This document shows, in pieces, positions 20,921-30,900 of a stretch of DNA of 64,000 nt. The notes under the pieces were generated by a model. It was not told where the DNA came from. It searched no databases and saw only the letters and a list, made by a program, of their open reading frames with translations. A program made the translations under genes and the position numbers. Source of the stretch: Oscillospiraceae bacterium (GTDB taxonomy: Bacteria; Bacteroidota; Bacteroidia; Bacteroidales; Bacteroidaceae); assembly GCA_963599465.1 (NCBI GenBank), contig CAVBXD010000001.1, positions 76,080 through 140,079 of the forward strand, in the 5' to 3' direction. Numbering within the stretch: position 1 is the first letter of the stretch; the number at the start of each line of letters is the position of its first letter.

Positions 20921-21819
20921 TGAAGAAAATCAGACTTGCAATAGTCGTCGTATCCGCCATGTTGCTCTTTGCGGCTTGTGGCACGAAGAAGGCGATGGTA
21001 AAGGATGCTGACCAAACATTGTCAAACCTGCCAAAGGCGGAGAAGGCAGAAGCCAGCGCGTCGAAATCGACCTTTGCCTTCGTGGAAAGGGTCAACGACA
21101 AGAAGGTTGACGCGCAAGACATCGTGGCTGACCTTGATTTCACCGCCTCGATGGGTGGCAAGGACGTGTCGGTGCCGGGAAGCCTGCACATGCGCAAGGA
21201 CCAGATGATAAGGTTGCAGCTCTTCATGCCACTGTTGCATACAGAGGTGGGGCGGTTGGAATTTACGCCCGACTATGTGCTCGTGGTTGACAGGTTGCAC
21301 AAGCAATATGTCAAGGAAGATTATAACAAAATAGACTTTCTCAAGGTTAACGGTCTCGATTTCAGTGCCTTGCAAGCCTTGTTTTGGAATCAGCTCTACC
21401 TGCCAGGCACGAAAACCGTTGAGGAGGACAATATTTCCAAGTTTGAGGCTGATGTCAATGGCTCGGCGACGACAATACCAATCAGCGTGAAAAATGGAAA
21501 CCTCAGCCTGGTGTGGAATGTGTCACGACAGACAGAGCTCATCAACGACGTGAAAGCCACATACACCTCGGCACAGCATGGCACGTCGGTACTGACGATG
21601 AAATATGACAAGTTCAAGGCGGTAGGTGCAAAGATGTTCCCCTCGTTTGAAGAACTCTCGTTCCAGACGTCTGCCACGAAGAAGGTGCAGAGGATTACCA
21701 TGACCTTGGACATGGACGACATATCCACATCGTCGAAATGGAGCACGGAAACGTCGCTCTCGTCGAAGTACAAGAAGATAGAGGCAACAGATATTTTCTC
21801 CAAACTATTCAGCATGTAA
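20917..21819 (+). CDS. DUF4292-like lipoprotein
   Basis: Lipobox FAAC; GRLEFTPDYVLVVDR and LQALFWNQ; position in the dut-TPR-DUF4292-M23 string. Confidence 0.78.
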   Translation: MMKKIRLAIVVVSAMLLFAACGTKKAMVKDADQTLSNLPKAEKAEASASKSTFAFVERVNDKKVDAQDIVADLDFTASMGGKDVSVPGSLHMRKDQMIRLQLFMPLLHTEVGRLEFTPDYVLVVDRLHKQYVKEDYNKIDFLKVNGLDFSALQALFWNQLYLPGTKTVEEDNISKFEADVNGSATTIPISVKNGNLSLVWNVSRQTELINDVKATYTSAQHGTSVLTMKYDKFKAVGAKMFPSFEELSFQTSATKKVQRITMTLDMDDISTSSKWSTETSLSSKYKKIEATDIFSKLFSM

Positions 21820-23514
21820 ATGAAGCACAATAGTTTTTTGCACATAGTTTATATATTGTTCGCCCTTGTCGTAGCAATGCCGCAAGCCTTCGCGCAGACC
21901 GGTAAGCAGGCAAGGAAAACCAAGCGTGCGGCACAGGCCAAGCGCGTGACGAAGAAAGCCAATGCCAGCACGTCGAAAGCGAAGAAAAGCGCAACTGTGA
22001 CTTATTCCAACGCGTCGATAAAGAAGTTGCAGAGCCAGAGGGCAGACATACAGAAGAAAATCAAGGAACAGGAGAAGGCCTTGAAAGAGAACCGTGAGAA
22101 TGTCAGCAAGAAGCTGAACGAGCTGATGATGATCAACGGCGAGATAGACAAGAGCAAGCATAACATTGACGGTATAGAGAAGGACATTCGCTATATCAAT
22201 ACCAACATAGACATTCTCAACTCTCAACTCAACACCTTGAAGGCGCAGTTGAAAGACCGGCAGAGTAAATATATCAAGTCGATGCGCTACATGGCGCGGC
22301 ATCGCACGATGCAAGACAAGCTGATGTTCGTGTTCTCTGCCAAAAACCTCTACCAGATGTATCGCCGTCTGCGTTTCGTGCGCGAGTATGCCAACTACCA
22401 ACGGGCCCAGGGCGAGGCAGTGAAGGCCAAGCAGCGTCAGGTTGCTGCCAAGCATGCCCAACTGAAGGATGTCAAGGGCCGGAAAAGCAATCTTCTGTAT
22501 CAAGGCCAACAGGAACACGCCAAGCTGGAGGCAAACAAGAGCCAGCAGCAAGAGATCGTGAATGGTCTCCAGAAACAGCAGAGCACCATTAAGGGAATCA
22601 TCGCGGACCAACGCAAGAAAGATGCCGCGTTGAATGCGGAGATTGACCGTCAGGTAGAGATAGAGGTGGCTCGTGTGCGTGCCCGCGCTGAGGCTGAGGC
22701 ACGTCGTCAGGCGGCAGCGTTGGCTGCTGCGAAGGCTCGCCGTGAGGCTGAGATAGCCAGAAAGAAAGCGGCGGCAGAGGCTGCGGCACGCGAGAATGCC
22801 CGACGTATAGCCGAGGCAAAACAGCGGGAACTTGCTGCGGCACAAGCGGCACAGAAAGCGCGTGAGGCTGAGGAAGCCGCACGAAGGGCACGTGAGACTG
22901 CTGCTGCCGAGGAAAAGCGGAAGGCACAAGAGCTGGAAGCCGCTGCAAAGGCGAGGAAAGCCGCCGCGGAACAAGCTGCTCGTGAGGCTGAGGCAGCACG
23001 TGAGGCGGCAGAGAGAAAGCAGGCTGCTGACGCTGAGAGGGCGAAGAAAGACATTGCCGAGGCAAAACAAGACCAGGAAGAAGAACAACGCTTCTCATCG
23101 TTCGACAGGATGATGAACAATGGTTTCGAGGCTAACAAGGGACGCTTGCCAATGCCCATAACTGGCGGATACCGCGTGGTAAGCCATTTCGGACAATATA
23201 ATGTAGCTGGACTGAAAGGCGTGACGCTCGACAACAAGGGCATAAACATCATGGGCGGCAATGGTTGCCAGGCGCGTGCCATCTACGATGGTGAGGTGAG
23301 CGCAGTGCTTAGCTATGCCGGCACTGTGGTGGTCATGCTTCGTCATGGAGCATATATTTCGGTATATTCCAACCTGAGCTCAGCAAGCGTGAGCAGAGGT
23401 CAGAAAGTATCGACCAGGCAGGTTCTTGGCACCGTGGGGCCAGACCATATATTGCAGTTCCAGCTCCGCAAGGAGAGAGCCAAGCTCAATCCTGAAGCGT
23501 GGTTAGGACGTTGA
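21820..23514 (+). CDS. EnvC-like murein hydrolase activator (coiled coil plus degenerate M23 domain)
   Basis: Signal peptide, long coiled coil, KGRLPMP, NKGINI, LQFQLR, LNPEAWL; zinc-ligand histidines absent. Confidence 0.85.
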   Translation: MKHNSFLHIVYILFALVVAMPQAFAQTGKQARKTKRAAQAKRVTKKANASTSKAKKSATVTYSNASIKKLQSQRADIQKKIKEQEKALKENRENVSKKLNELMMINGEIDKSKHNIDGIEKDIRYINTNIDILNSQLNTLKAQLKDRQSKYIKSMRYMARHRTMQDKLMFVFSAKNLYQMYRRLRFVREYANYQRAQGEAVKAKQRQVAAKHAQLKDVKGRKSNLLYQGQQEHAKLEANKSQQQEIVNGLQKQQSTIKGIIADQRKKDAALNAEIDRQVEIEVARVRARAEAEARRQAAALAAAKARREAEIARKKAAAEAAARENARRIAEAKQRELAAAQAAQKAREAEEAARRARETAAAEEKRKAQELEAAAKARKAAAEQAAREAEAAREAAERKQAADAERAKKDIAEAKQDQEEEQRFSSFDRMMNNGFEANKGRLPMPITGGYRVVSHFGQYNVAGLKGVTLDNKGINIMGGNGCQARAIYDGEVSAVLSYAGTVVVMLRHGAYISVYSNLSSASVSRGQKVSTRQVLGTVGPDHILQFQLRKERAKLNPEAWLGR

Positions 23515-23572
23515 CGGGGCGGGGCTGACAAGATGCGCCCATGGCTCATATAATATCATACATAGATGGCAG

Positions 23573-24745
23573 GTGATGAAAAAGACGGTTGTTTGTTTGA
23601 TGGCCTTGCTGTTGTCTGTTGTGCTCCATGCGCAGAGTCGCGGTTACAGCACGAATTTCACGTTCTCGCAGCGTAACTTTTCCGACACCATTCCAATAGA
23701 TGTCGTAGACGACCAGATATTTGTAAAGGCATCAGCCAACGGTCGCGTTTATCGCTTTTGCCTCGACACGGGGTCAAGCCAAGGAACCGTGTATGCCAAT
23801 TCGTCGATCATTGGCCTAAAGGCGTTGGGAAGCGTTGTGAGCCGCGACGCGGCAGGCAGGAGCGACACCGTGGGTGTCGTGCAGTTGCCACCCATCACGC
23901 TTGGCAAGTTGACCATTACGGGTTATGTGGCGTCAATGTTTCCGTCTTCCATGGTGCGCGACTACGACGGCATTATAGGTTTCGACTTGTTCAACAAGGG
24001 ACTATGCTGCAAGATAGACATGAGAAACAAGCGCATGGTCATAGCCGACAGGCGTGATTTCTTTGATGGTGAGCAGGGCTATGCCCTTCATTATAAATTG
24101 AAATGGTTTGTGCCTTATGTCATGGTGAGTCCGTTCAAACGCCATTACGACGAGGCGCTTTTCGACACAGGCTCGAAAATCCTCTACACCATGAACAAGC
24201 AGAGATTTGACCAGCACGCTTACAAGAGCAAGAATGTTAATGGTCAAGTGGAGGCACGCGTGAAAGGCACGCTAACCATTGGTAACATTGGCGCGGAGCG
24301 TGACGGCGAGGTAGCGTTCTTGAAGCTCGACCGCCTGAAATGGGGCGACTTCTCGTTTGTTGATGTCAGCGCTGTGACGACACAAGGCTCAAGCAGGATT
24401 GGCGCGTCCATGTTGCGCTACGGCTCAGTGATTATAAATGGCTTCCGTCGTTACATTCGTTTCCAACCTTACGACGAAAACGACAGCGTGAAGGTGAGCA
24501 ACAAGCGTTTCACCACGGCATATGTCCCCACGGACGATGGCAAGGCCTCGGTGGGCGTTGTCATGCCAGGAAGTGCCGACTACGAGGCGGGGCTCAGACA
24601 AGGAGATGTGATCGTTTCAATAGATGGCACGGCTATTGCCACCTTCGCGGCGTTTCAGCGGTTTCCCTTTGCAAAGGGCATGGCACACAAGGTGCGGGTG
24701 CGCACGCGGCAAGGAACAATAAAGGATGTGGTTATAACAAGATAG
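23573..24745 (+). CDS. Exported aspartyl protease-like protein with C-terminal PDZ domain
   Basis: LDTGSS and FDTGSK motifs, GIIG; PDZ-like AGLRQGDVIVSIDG. Confidence 0.75.
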   Translation: MMKKTVVCLMALLLSVVLHAQSRGYSTNFTFSQRNFSDTIPIDVVDDQIFVKASANGRVYRFCLDTGSSQGTVYANSSIIGLKALGSVVSRDAAGRSDTVGVVQLPPITLGKLTITGYVASMFPSSMVRDYDGIIGFDLFNKGLCCKIDMRNKRMVIADRRDFFDGEQGYALHYKLKWFVPYVMVSPFKRHYDEALFDTGSKILYTMNKQRFDQHAYKSKNVNGQVEARVKGTLTIGNIGAERDGEVAFLKLDRLKWGDFSFVDVSAVTTQGSSRIGASMLRYGSVIINGFRRYIRFQPYDENDSVKVSNKRFTTAYVPTDDGKASVGVVMPGSADYEAGLRQGDVIVSIDGTAIATFAAFQRFPFAKGMAHKVRVRTRQGTIKDVVITR

Positions 24746-24752
24746 GTTTTTT

Positions 24753-25535
24753 ATGGTCAAGTATTTATTTTTCGATATCGACGGCACGCTTGTCAGTTTC
24801 AATACCCACAAGATACCCCAATCTACCGTTGATGCCCTGACACAGGCCAAGGCCAATGGATTAAAGGTGTATATATCAACGGGTCGCCCACTGTTGTTTA
24901 TCAACAATTTGAGCCAGATAGAACATCTTATTGATGGTTATATCACGACCACGGGAGCATTGTGCGTGGTAGGGCAGACCAATTTCAATTGCCATAGGAT
25001 ATCAGATGATTCGGTGAGGAAAATCTTGGATGGCGCCAATAGGCTTCATAAGGCGGCTATCGTTGTGGGCACCGACCACATAGGAGTGGTGAACGAGTCG
25101 GAAGAGCTTGCCGAGCAATTCAAGAAAGGCTTGAACCTCGATTTCGATTTTGCCCCTATGTCGATAGTCATGCAAGAACCTATCCTCCAGATAAGCGTGT
25201 TTTTCAATGCCGAGGAAGAAAACAGTGTTATGGAAGGCATAACAGATTGTGTCTGCTCGCGTTGGCATCCGGCATTTACGGACATCACCAATGTTTCCGC
25301 CGACAAGGGCAAGGCCCTGCTTGCCATGGCTGAGCACGAACACATGAGCATAGACGAGACCATGGCTTTTGGCGACGGCGGCAACGACATTTCAATCATT
25401 AAGCAGGCAGGCATTGGCGTGGCAATGGGCAATGCCAACGAGGAGGTGAAAGCCGTAGCCGACTATGTGACCACAAGCGTGGACGACGACGGCGTGAGTA
25501 AGGCGTTGGCACATTTTGGCATTATTGGCCGCTGA
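24753..25535 (+). CDS. Cof-type HAD-IIB hydrolase
   Basis: FDIDGTL, STGR, FGDGGND, AMGNA. Confidence 0.93.
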   Translation: MVKYLFFDIDGTLVSFNTHKIPQSTVDALTQAKANGLKVYISTGRPLLFINNLSQIEHLIDGYITTTGALCVVGQTNFNCHRISDDSVRKILDGANRLHKAAIVVGTDHIGVVNESEELAEQFKKGLNLDFDFAPMSIVMQEPILQISVFFNAEEENSVMEGITDCVCSRWHPAFTDITNVSADKGKALLAMAEHEHMSIDETMAFGDGGNDISIIKQAGIGVAMGNANEEVKAVADYVTTSVDDDGVSKALAHFGIIGR

Positions 25536-25646
25536 ATGTTATCGTGGATGATAACGTTACAATGGAAATAAATCTTGGCAAAAACCACGTGATATAAAAT
25601 TTATTTTACTAATTTTGCCAACAAATTACCTATATACAAGCAATTA

Positions 25647-26573
25647 ATGAAAATCAGTGCAAAAGTAATTGCCGAAGGGCGAGACTACGTTATGATTCTC
25701 GTGGCGATGGTGGCATACTGTATCGGTTGGAACGTGTTCCTCTTGCCCAACAACATAACGGCGAGCGGTGTTCCTGGTGTCTCCTCCCTTATTTTCTGGG
25801 CATTGGGAATCCCCGTGCAAACAACCTATTTCGTAATAAATGCCATCCTTTTGCTCGTGGCGTTGAAGGTCCTCGGTTGGAAGTTCTGTACCAAGACCAT
25901 CTACGCAGTGCTGGTGCTGACGGGCTTGACCACCTTTGCCCGGAGCAATGCCGGCTCTCTTCATTTGCTTGCCGACCAGCCGTTCATGGCAAGTCTCATT
26001 GGAGCTATCTTCTGTGGTAGTGGCATAGGTCTTGGACTCGCCTTCAATGGCTCCACGGGAGGCACCGACATCGTGGCGGCAATAGTGCACAAATATCGTG
26101 ACATATCGCTTGGCAGGGTCATAATGATGTGCGACATCGTGATAATATCGTCGTCTTATTTTGTGTTCCACAACTTCGAGCAGGTAATCTATGGTTATGT
26201 GGTGTTGCTCGTTTCAGCGTATTGTGTGGACCAAGTGGTGAATATCAGGCATAGCAGCGTGCAGTTTTTCATTATTTCCGACAAGTACAAGGAAATAGCC
26301 TCGCGCATAGCCGTTTACCCACATCGTGGCGCCACGGTGATAGAGGCTCACGGTTTTTACACGGGACATGACGTGAAGATGCTCTTTATCATGGCCAAGC
26401 GTAAGGAGAGCAGCACTATCTTCCGCATTATCAACGAGATTGACCCCAAGGCGTTCGTCACGGAAACCAATGTCATAGGCGTGTATGGTGAAGGTTTTGA
26501 CAAGTTCAAAGTGAAAACGCCGAAAAAGAAAAACTCCCACAGATTGAGTCCGGAGGCCCTGATGCGGTTGTAG
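25647..26573 (+). CDS. YitT family membrane protein
   Basis: Multi-TM, GSTGGTD motif, C-terminal DUF2179-like IDPKAFV...GEGF. Confidence 0.9.
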   Translation: MKISAKVIAEGRDYVMILVAMVAYCIGWNVFLLPNNITASGVPGVSSLIFWALGIPVQTTYFVINAILLLVALKVLGWKFCTKTIYAVLVLTGLTTFARSNAGSLHLLADQPFMASLIGAIFCGSGIGLGLAFNGSTGGTDIVAAIVHKYRDISLGRVIMMCDIVIISSSYFVFHNFEQVIYGYVVLLVSAYCVDQVVNIRHSSVQFFIISDKYKEIASRIAVYPHRGATVIEAHGFYTGHDVKMLFIMAKRKESSTIFRIINEIDPKAFVTETNVIGVYGEGFDKFKVKTPKKKNSHRLSPEALMRL

Positions 26574-26603
26574 ACAATATCCTTGGTTACAGGTATGACA
26601 AAT

Positions 26604-26650
26604 GATAATCGCCATAGCGAAAGAACATGTTCTTCGCTATGGCGATTATC
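26604..26650. terminator. Near-perfect palindrome between convergent yitT and ompA-like genes (likely bidirectional terminator)
   Basis: 18-bp arms GATAATCGCCATAGCGAA / TTCGCTATGGCGATTATC. Confidence 0.7.
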
Positions 26651-26728
26651 GTTTGTTGCTTGCCTTGTTAAGGTCAGTCGGATAAACTGCTGAAGTTAGC
26701 GGTTGTGGCAAGCGTAGCGTGATGCCAA

Positions 26729-27583
26729 TTATTTGTTGTTGTCCTCTGGGGCCTTGTCGATCAAGTCCATGAACTGGTCAAGCTTCGGCGTGATGATGAT
26801 TTGCGTGCGGCGGTTGCGCTGCCTGCCGGTTGCCGTGTCGTTGCTCACGAGAGGGTTAAACTCGCCACGTCCGCCAGCTGTAAGACGCTTGGGCGCTACG
26901 TTGAAATGGTCGATGAGATACTGAACCACAGAACTTGCGCGGAGAGCGGAGAGATCCCAGTTGTTGCGGATGTTTTTCATGCTTGGCGCAGAGGCGTTTA
27001 CGGGCACGTTGTCGGTGTTGCCCTCTATGAGCACATCGTAATCACTGTAGTCGGTGATGATCTTGGCAATCTTCGAAAGGGTCTCCTCAGCGCGGTCGTT
27101 AATCTCGTAAGAGCCGCTCTTGTAGAGCATGTTGTCGGCCAATGAGATATACACCACACCCTTTAACACCTGCACGTCAACCTCCTTCAACTCCTCTTTT
27201 GACAGCGAGCGGGTCAGGTTGTTGGTGAGCACCACGTTGAGCGAATCGCTCTTGCTCTTTACCTCCACGAGGTGACGGATATACTGGTTCGACTCATTGA
27301 TTTGGTCTACGAGCTTTGAGATGTTGGTGTTGTTTGAACTGGCGTTCGACAAGCTCTGGCTGAGGTTCTTCTGCAGTGCAGCGTTGTCCTTCTTTTGCTG
27401 TGCGAGTTGTTCTTGGAGACTTGCCACGCGAGCATTGGCGGCGGCGAGTTTCTCCTTGGCGTCCTGGTAATTGTTTGTCAACTCGCGGTTCTCGTTTTGG
27501 CAGTTGACCAAATCCTTTTTGCTGGCACAGCTAGTAACGAGCAGCGCGCCGGCAACCATTGCGAATAAAATAGTCTTTCTCAT
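26729..27583 (-). CDS. OmpA/MotB-domain lipoprotein
   Basis: Lipobox VTSC, coiled coil, EGNTD, NWDLSALRA, RNRRTQI. Confidence 0.9.
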   Translation of the reverse strand: MRKTILFAMVAGALLVTSCASKKDLVNCQNENRELTNNYQDAKEKLAAANARVASLQEQLAQQKKDNAALQKNLSQSLSNASSNNTNISKLVDQINESNQYIRHLVEVKSKSDSLNVVLTNNLTRSLSKEELKEVDVQVLKGVVYISLADNMLYKSGSYEINDRAEETLSKIAKIITDYSDYDVLIEGNTDNVPVNASAPSMKNIRNNWDLSALRASSVVQYLIDHFNVAPKRLTAGGRGEFNPLVSNDTATGRQRNRRTQIIITPKLDQFMDLIDKAPEDNNK

Positions 27584-27917
27584 GTTATTTTAAGTTTTGT
27601 GTTATTCTAAGTTTTATGTTGTTCAAAGTGTTACAATCCAATCATTCAATCTTTTAGCGTCCAAATTTATTTAATAGACCCCACATCAGCAAAAAAGTTG
27701 CAGATAATTAGGTATCTTTAACCACCAAGTTGATGTCTAAGCAGTTTTTAACCACATTTTATGGATTCTCCGAAATGCCGGCGTGTTGATGTTGGGGAAG
27801 GAATGGAGAAGCCTGCGTCGCGAATTAGAATAAATAATAGTTGAGGGTTCGCGATATTAGCGAAAATATTATTAATTTTGCACGCAGTAATATTACATTT
27901 ATAAATCTCTAAAGATT

Positions 27918-30900
27918 ATGATTCTTTTCTTCAAGACTCCCAAGGAGAATGTCATTGCCACTGAGATAGACCATCAGCCCAGTGACAAGGAGAAGCAGGC
28001 CCTCTGCTGGCTTTACGGTGACGCTACACTGCTGGAAACAGAGAAGCTCGACGGTTTCTTTGTAGGACCGCGCCGCGAGATGATAACCCCCTGGAGCACC
28101 AATGCCGTTGAGATCACGCAAAACATGAGTCTCACCGGCATTTCGCGTATTGAGGAGTACTTCCCCGTGAAGGGTGAGGATGCCGCGCATGACCGTATGC
28201 TGCAACGCATGTACAATGGTCTGGACCAAACAGTCTTCACCGTCAATCATGAGCCCGAACCCATCAAGCATGTGGAGGACATCGAGAAATACAACGAGGA
28301 GGAAGGCCTTGCTCTGAGCCCTGAAGAGATAGAGTATCTTCATAAGATAGAGAAAGAGAACGGCCGTCCGCTTACCGACTCTGAGATTTTTGGCTTCGCG
28401 CAGATTAATTCAGAGCACTGCCGCCACAAGATCTTTGGCGGAACATTCATCATTGACGGTGAGGAGCGCGAGTCGAGCCTCTTCTCTCTCATCAAGAAGA
28501 CCACGAAGGAGCATCCAGGAAAAATCATCTCGGCTTACAGCGACAACGTGGCGTTCGCGCAAGGCCCAATGGTAGAGCAATTCGCGCCAGAGGATCAAAC
28601 AACGTCCGACTATTTCAAGGTGAAACCCATAGAGAGTGTCATCTCGCTGAAAGCGGAGACTCACAACTTCCCAACGACAGTGGAACCGTTTAATGGTGCT
28701 GCCACGGGTACGGGAGGTGAGATACGCGACCGTATGGGTGGCGGAACTGGTTCGTGGCCTATCGCCGGCACTGCTGTTTACATGGCTTCTTATCCACGCC
28801 TGAAGAACGACGACGGAACTGCCGCACGCGATTACGAGCAAGAGATTGAACCACGCAAATGGCTATATCAGACACCAGAGGAGATTCTTGTCAAGGCGTC
28901 TAATGGTGCTTCAGACTTTGGCAACAAGTTTGGTCAGCCGCTTATCACGGGTTCAGTGCTCACGTTCGAATACGAGACCTGCACGGGAGATACCGCTGTA
29001 GTGGAGAGCACAAAGGAAGACGTGCAGACACCCAACGAGGTTTATGGCTACGACAAGGTCATTATGCTTGCTGGTGGCGTGGGCTATGGCAAGAAACGCG
29101 ACTGCCTGAAGAAAGCGCCCAAGAAGGGTGAAGACGTTGTTGTGGTCGGTGGCGACAACTATCGCATCGGCCTTGGTGGAGGCTCCGTGTCGTCGGTTGA
29201 CACTGGACGCTATGGCACTGCCGTAGAGCTCAACGCCGTGCAGCGTGCCAACCCTGAGATGCAGAAGCGTGCCTACAACCTCGTGCGCGCTCTCGTAGAA
29301 GCCGACAACAATCCCGTGACCTCAATCCACGACCATGGTTCGGCTGGACACTTGAACTGCCTCTCTGAGCTTGTGGAAGACTGTGGAGGAGAGATAGACA
29401 TGACGAAGCTGCCTATTGGCGACAAAACGTTGTCGGCAAAGGAAATAATCGCCAACGAGAGTCAGGAGCGCATGGGCTTGCTCATCGAGGACGAGCATGT
29501 GGAGCGTGTGCGCAAGATAGCTGAGCGTGAGCGTGCGCCGTTCTATGTGGTTGGCCAGACCACAGGCGATGCCCACTTCTCGTTTGTGCAGGGCGATGGC
29601 GTGAAGCCTTTCGACCTCGACGTGCCGCAGATGTTCGGCCATTCTCCCAAGACAATCATGAAGGATGTCACTGTGGAGCATCACTATGAGGACGTTACAT
29701 ACAGCGTGGACAAGATAGATGAGTATGTCGGCAATGTGCTTCAGCTGGAGGCCGTGGCATGTAAGGATTGGCTCACCAACAAGGTTGACCGTTCCGTTAC
29801 GGGTAAGATAGCGCGCCAGCAGACACAAGGCCAGGTGCAACTGCCGCTCTCGGATTGCGGTGTTGTCGCACTCGACTATCGTGGAAACGCCGGTATTGCC
29901 ACCGCCCTTGGACATGCGCCTCAGGCTGGTATGGCAAACCCAGCTGCGGGTAGTGTGTTGTCTGTGGCAGAGAGCCTGACCAATATCGTGTGGGCACCGA
30001 TAGCCACCGACAAGGATCACCCGTTCCCCATAGAGAACCTCAACCTCTCTGCCAACTGGATGTGGCCATGTCGCTCGCAGAAGGGAGAGGATGCCCGCCT
30101 TTATGAGGCTGTGCAGGCTCTGTCAGACTTCTGCTGCTCGCTTCACCTCAACGTACCTACAGGAAAAGACTCGCTCTCGCTGAGCCAACAGTATCCTGAC
30201 GGTTCAAAGGTTATCGCCCCCGGCACGGTTATCGTGACCTCTGGAGCAGAGGTGAACGACGTGCGCAAGACGGTAAGCCCCGTGATGGTCAACGACAAGA
30301 ACTCATCATTATATTATATAGATTTCTCTTTCGACGAGCAACGTCTTGGCGGCTCTGCCTTTGCGCAGACCCTTGGCAAGATTGGTTCTGACGTGCCTAC
30401 CGTGAAGAACACAGAGTATTTTGCCGACTGCTTCAATGCCATTCAAGACCTGATACAGAAGGGATGGGTCATGGCTGGTCACGACATCTCCGCCGGAGGT
30501 CTTATCACGACACTCCTTGAGATGACTTTCGCCAACGTGGAAGGTGGCATGCACGTCAATCTCCACGACATCATGCAGGATAATGACGACGTGGTGAAGA
30601 TGCTCTTCGCCGAGAATCCAGGTGTCGTAATCCAAGTTTCAGATACACGCAAGAAGGAACTGAAAGAATATTTGGAAGACGCTGGTATCGCTTTCGCCAA
30701 GATTGCTTACCCGACACCTTCAGAGAGAAAGATAGTGGTTGTGAAAGACGAGTGGAAGCACGAGTTCGACATCAACAGCTTGCGCGACACGTGGTATAAG
30801 ACATCTTATCTCCTCGACCGCCGCCAGAGCATGAACGACATGGCCCACAAACGTTTCCTCAACTATAAGAAACAACCTCTTGAGATTAACCTTGGCAACT

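Noticed and set aside
21805..23088. Long antisense ORFs (also 11469-12662, 16007-17197, 34893-35882, 44992-46014, 52416-53651)
   Set aside because: Shadow frames opposite well-supported genes, with no recognisable motifs.
26729..27583. Flagellar MotB
   Set aside because: It has a lipobox rather than the MotB TM helix, and there is no motA; treated as an OmpA-like peptidoglycan-binding lipoprotein.
27584..27917. Purine or ZTP riboswitch upstream of purL
   Set aside because: The TAATTTTG element near 27873 implies a short leader, and no aptamer motif was recognised.
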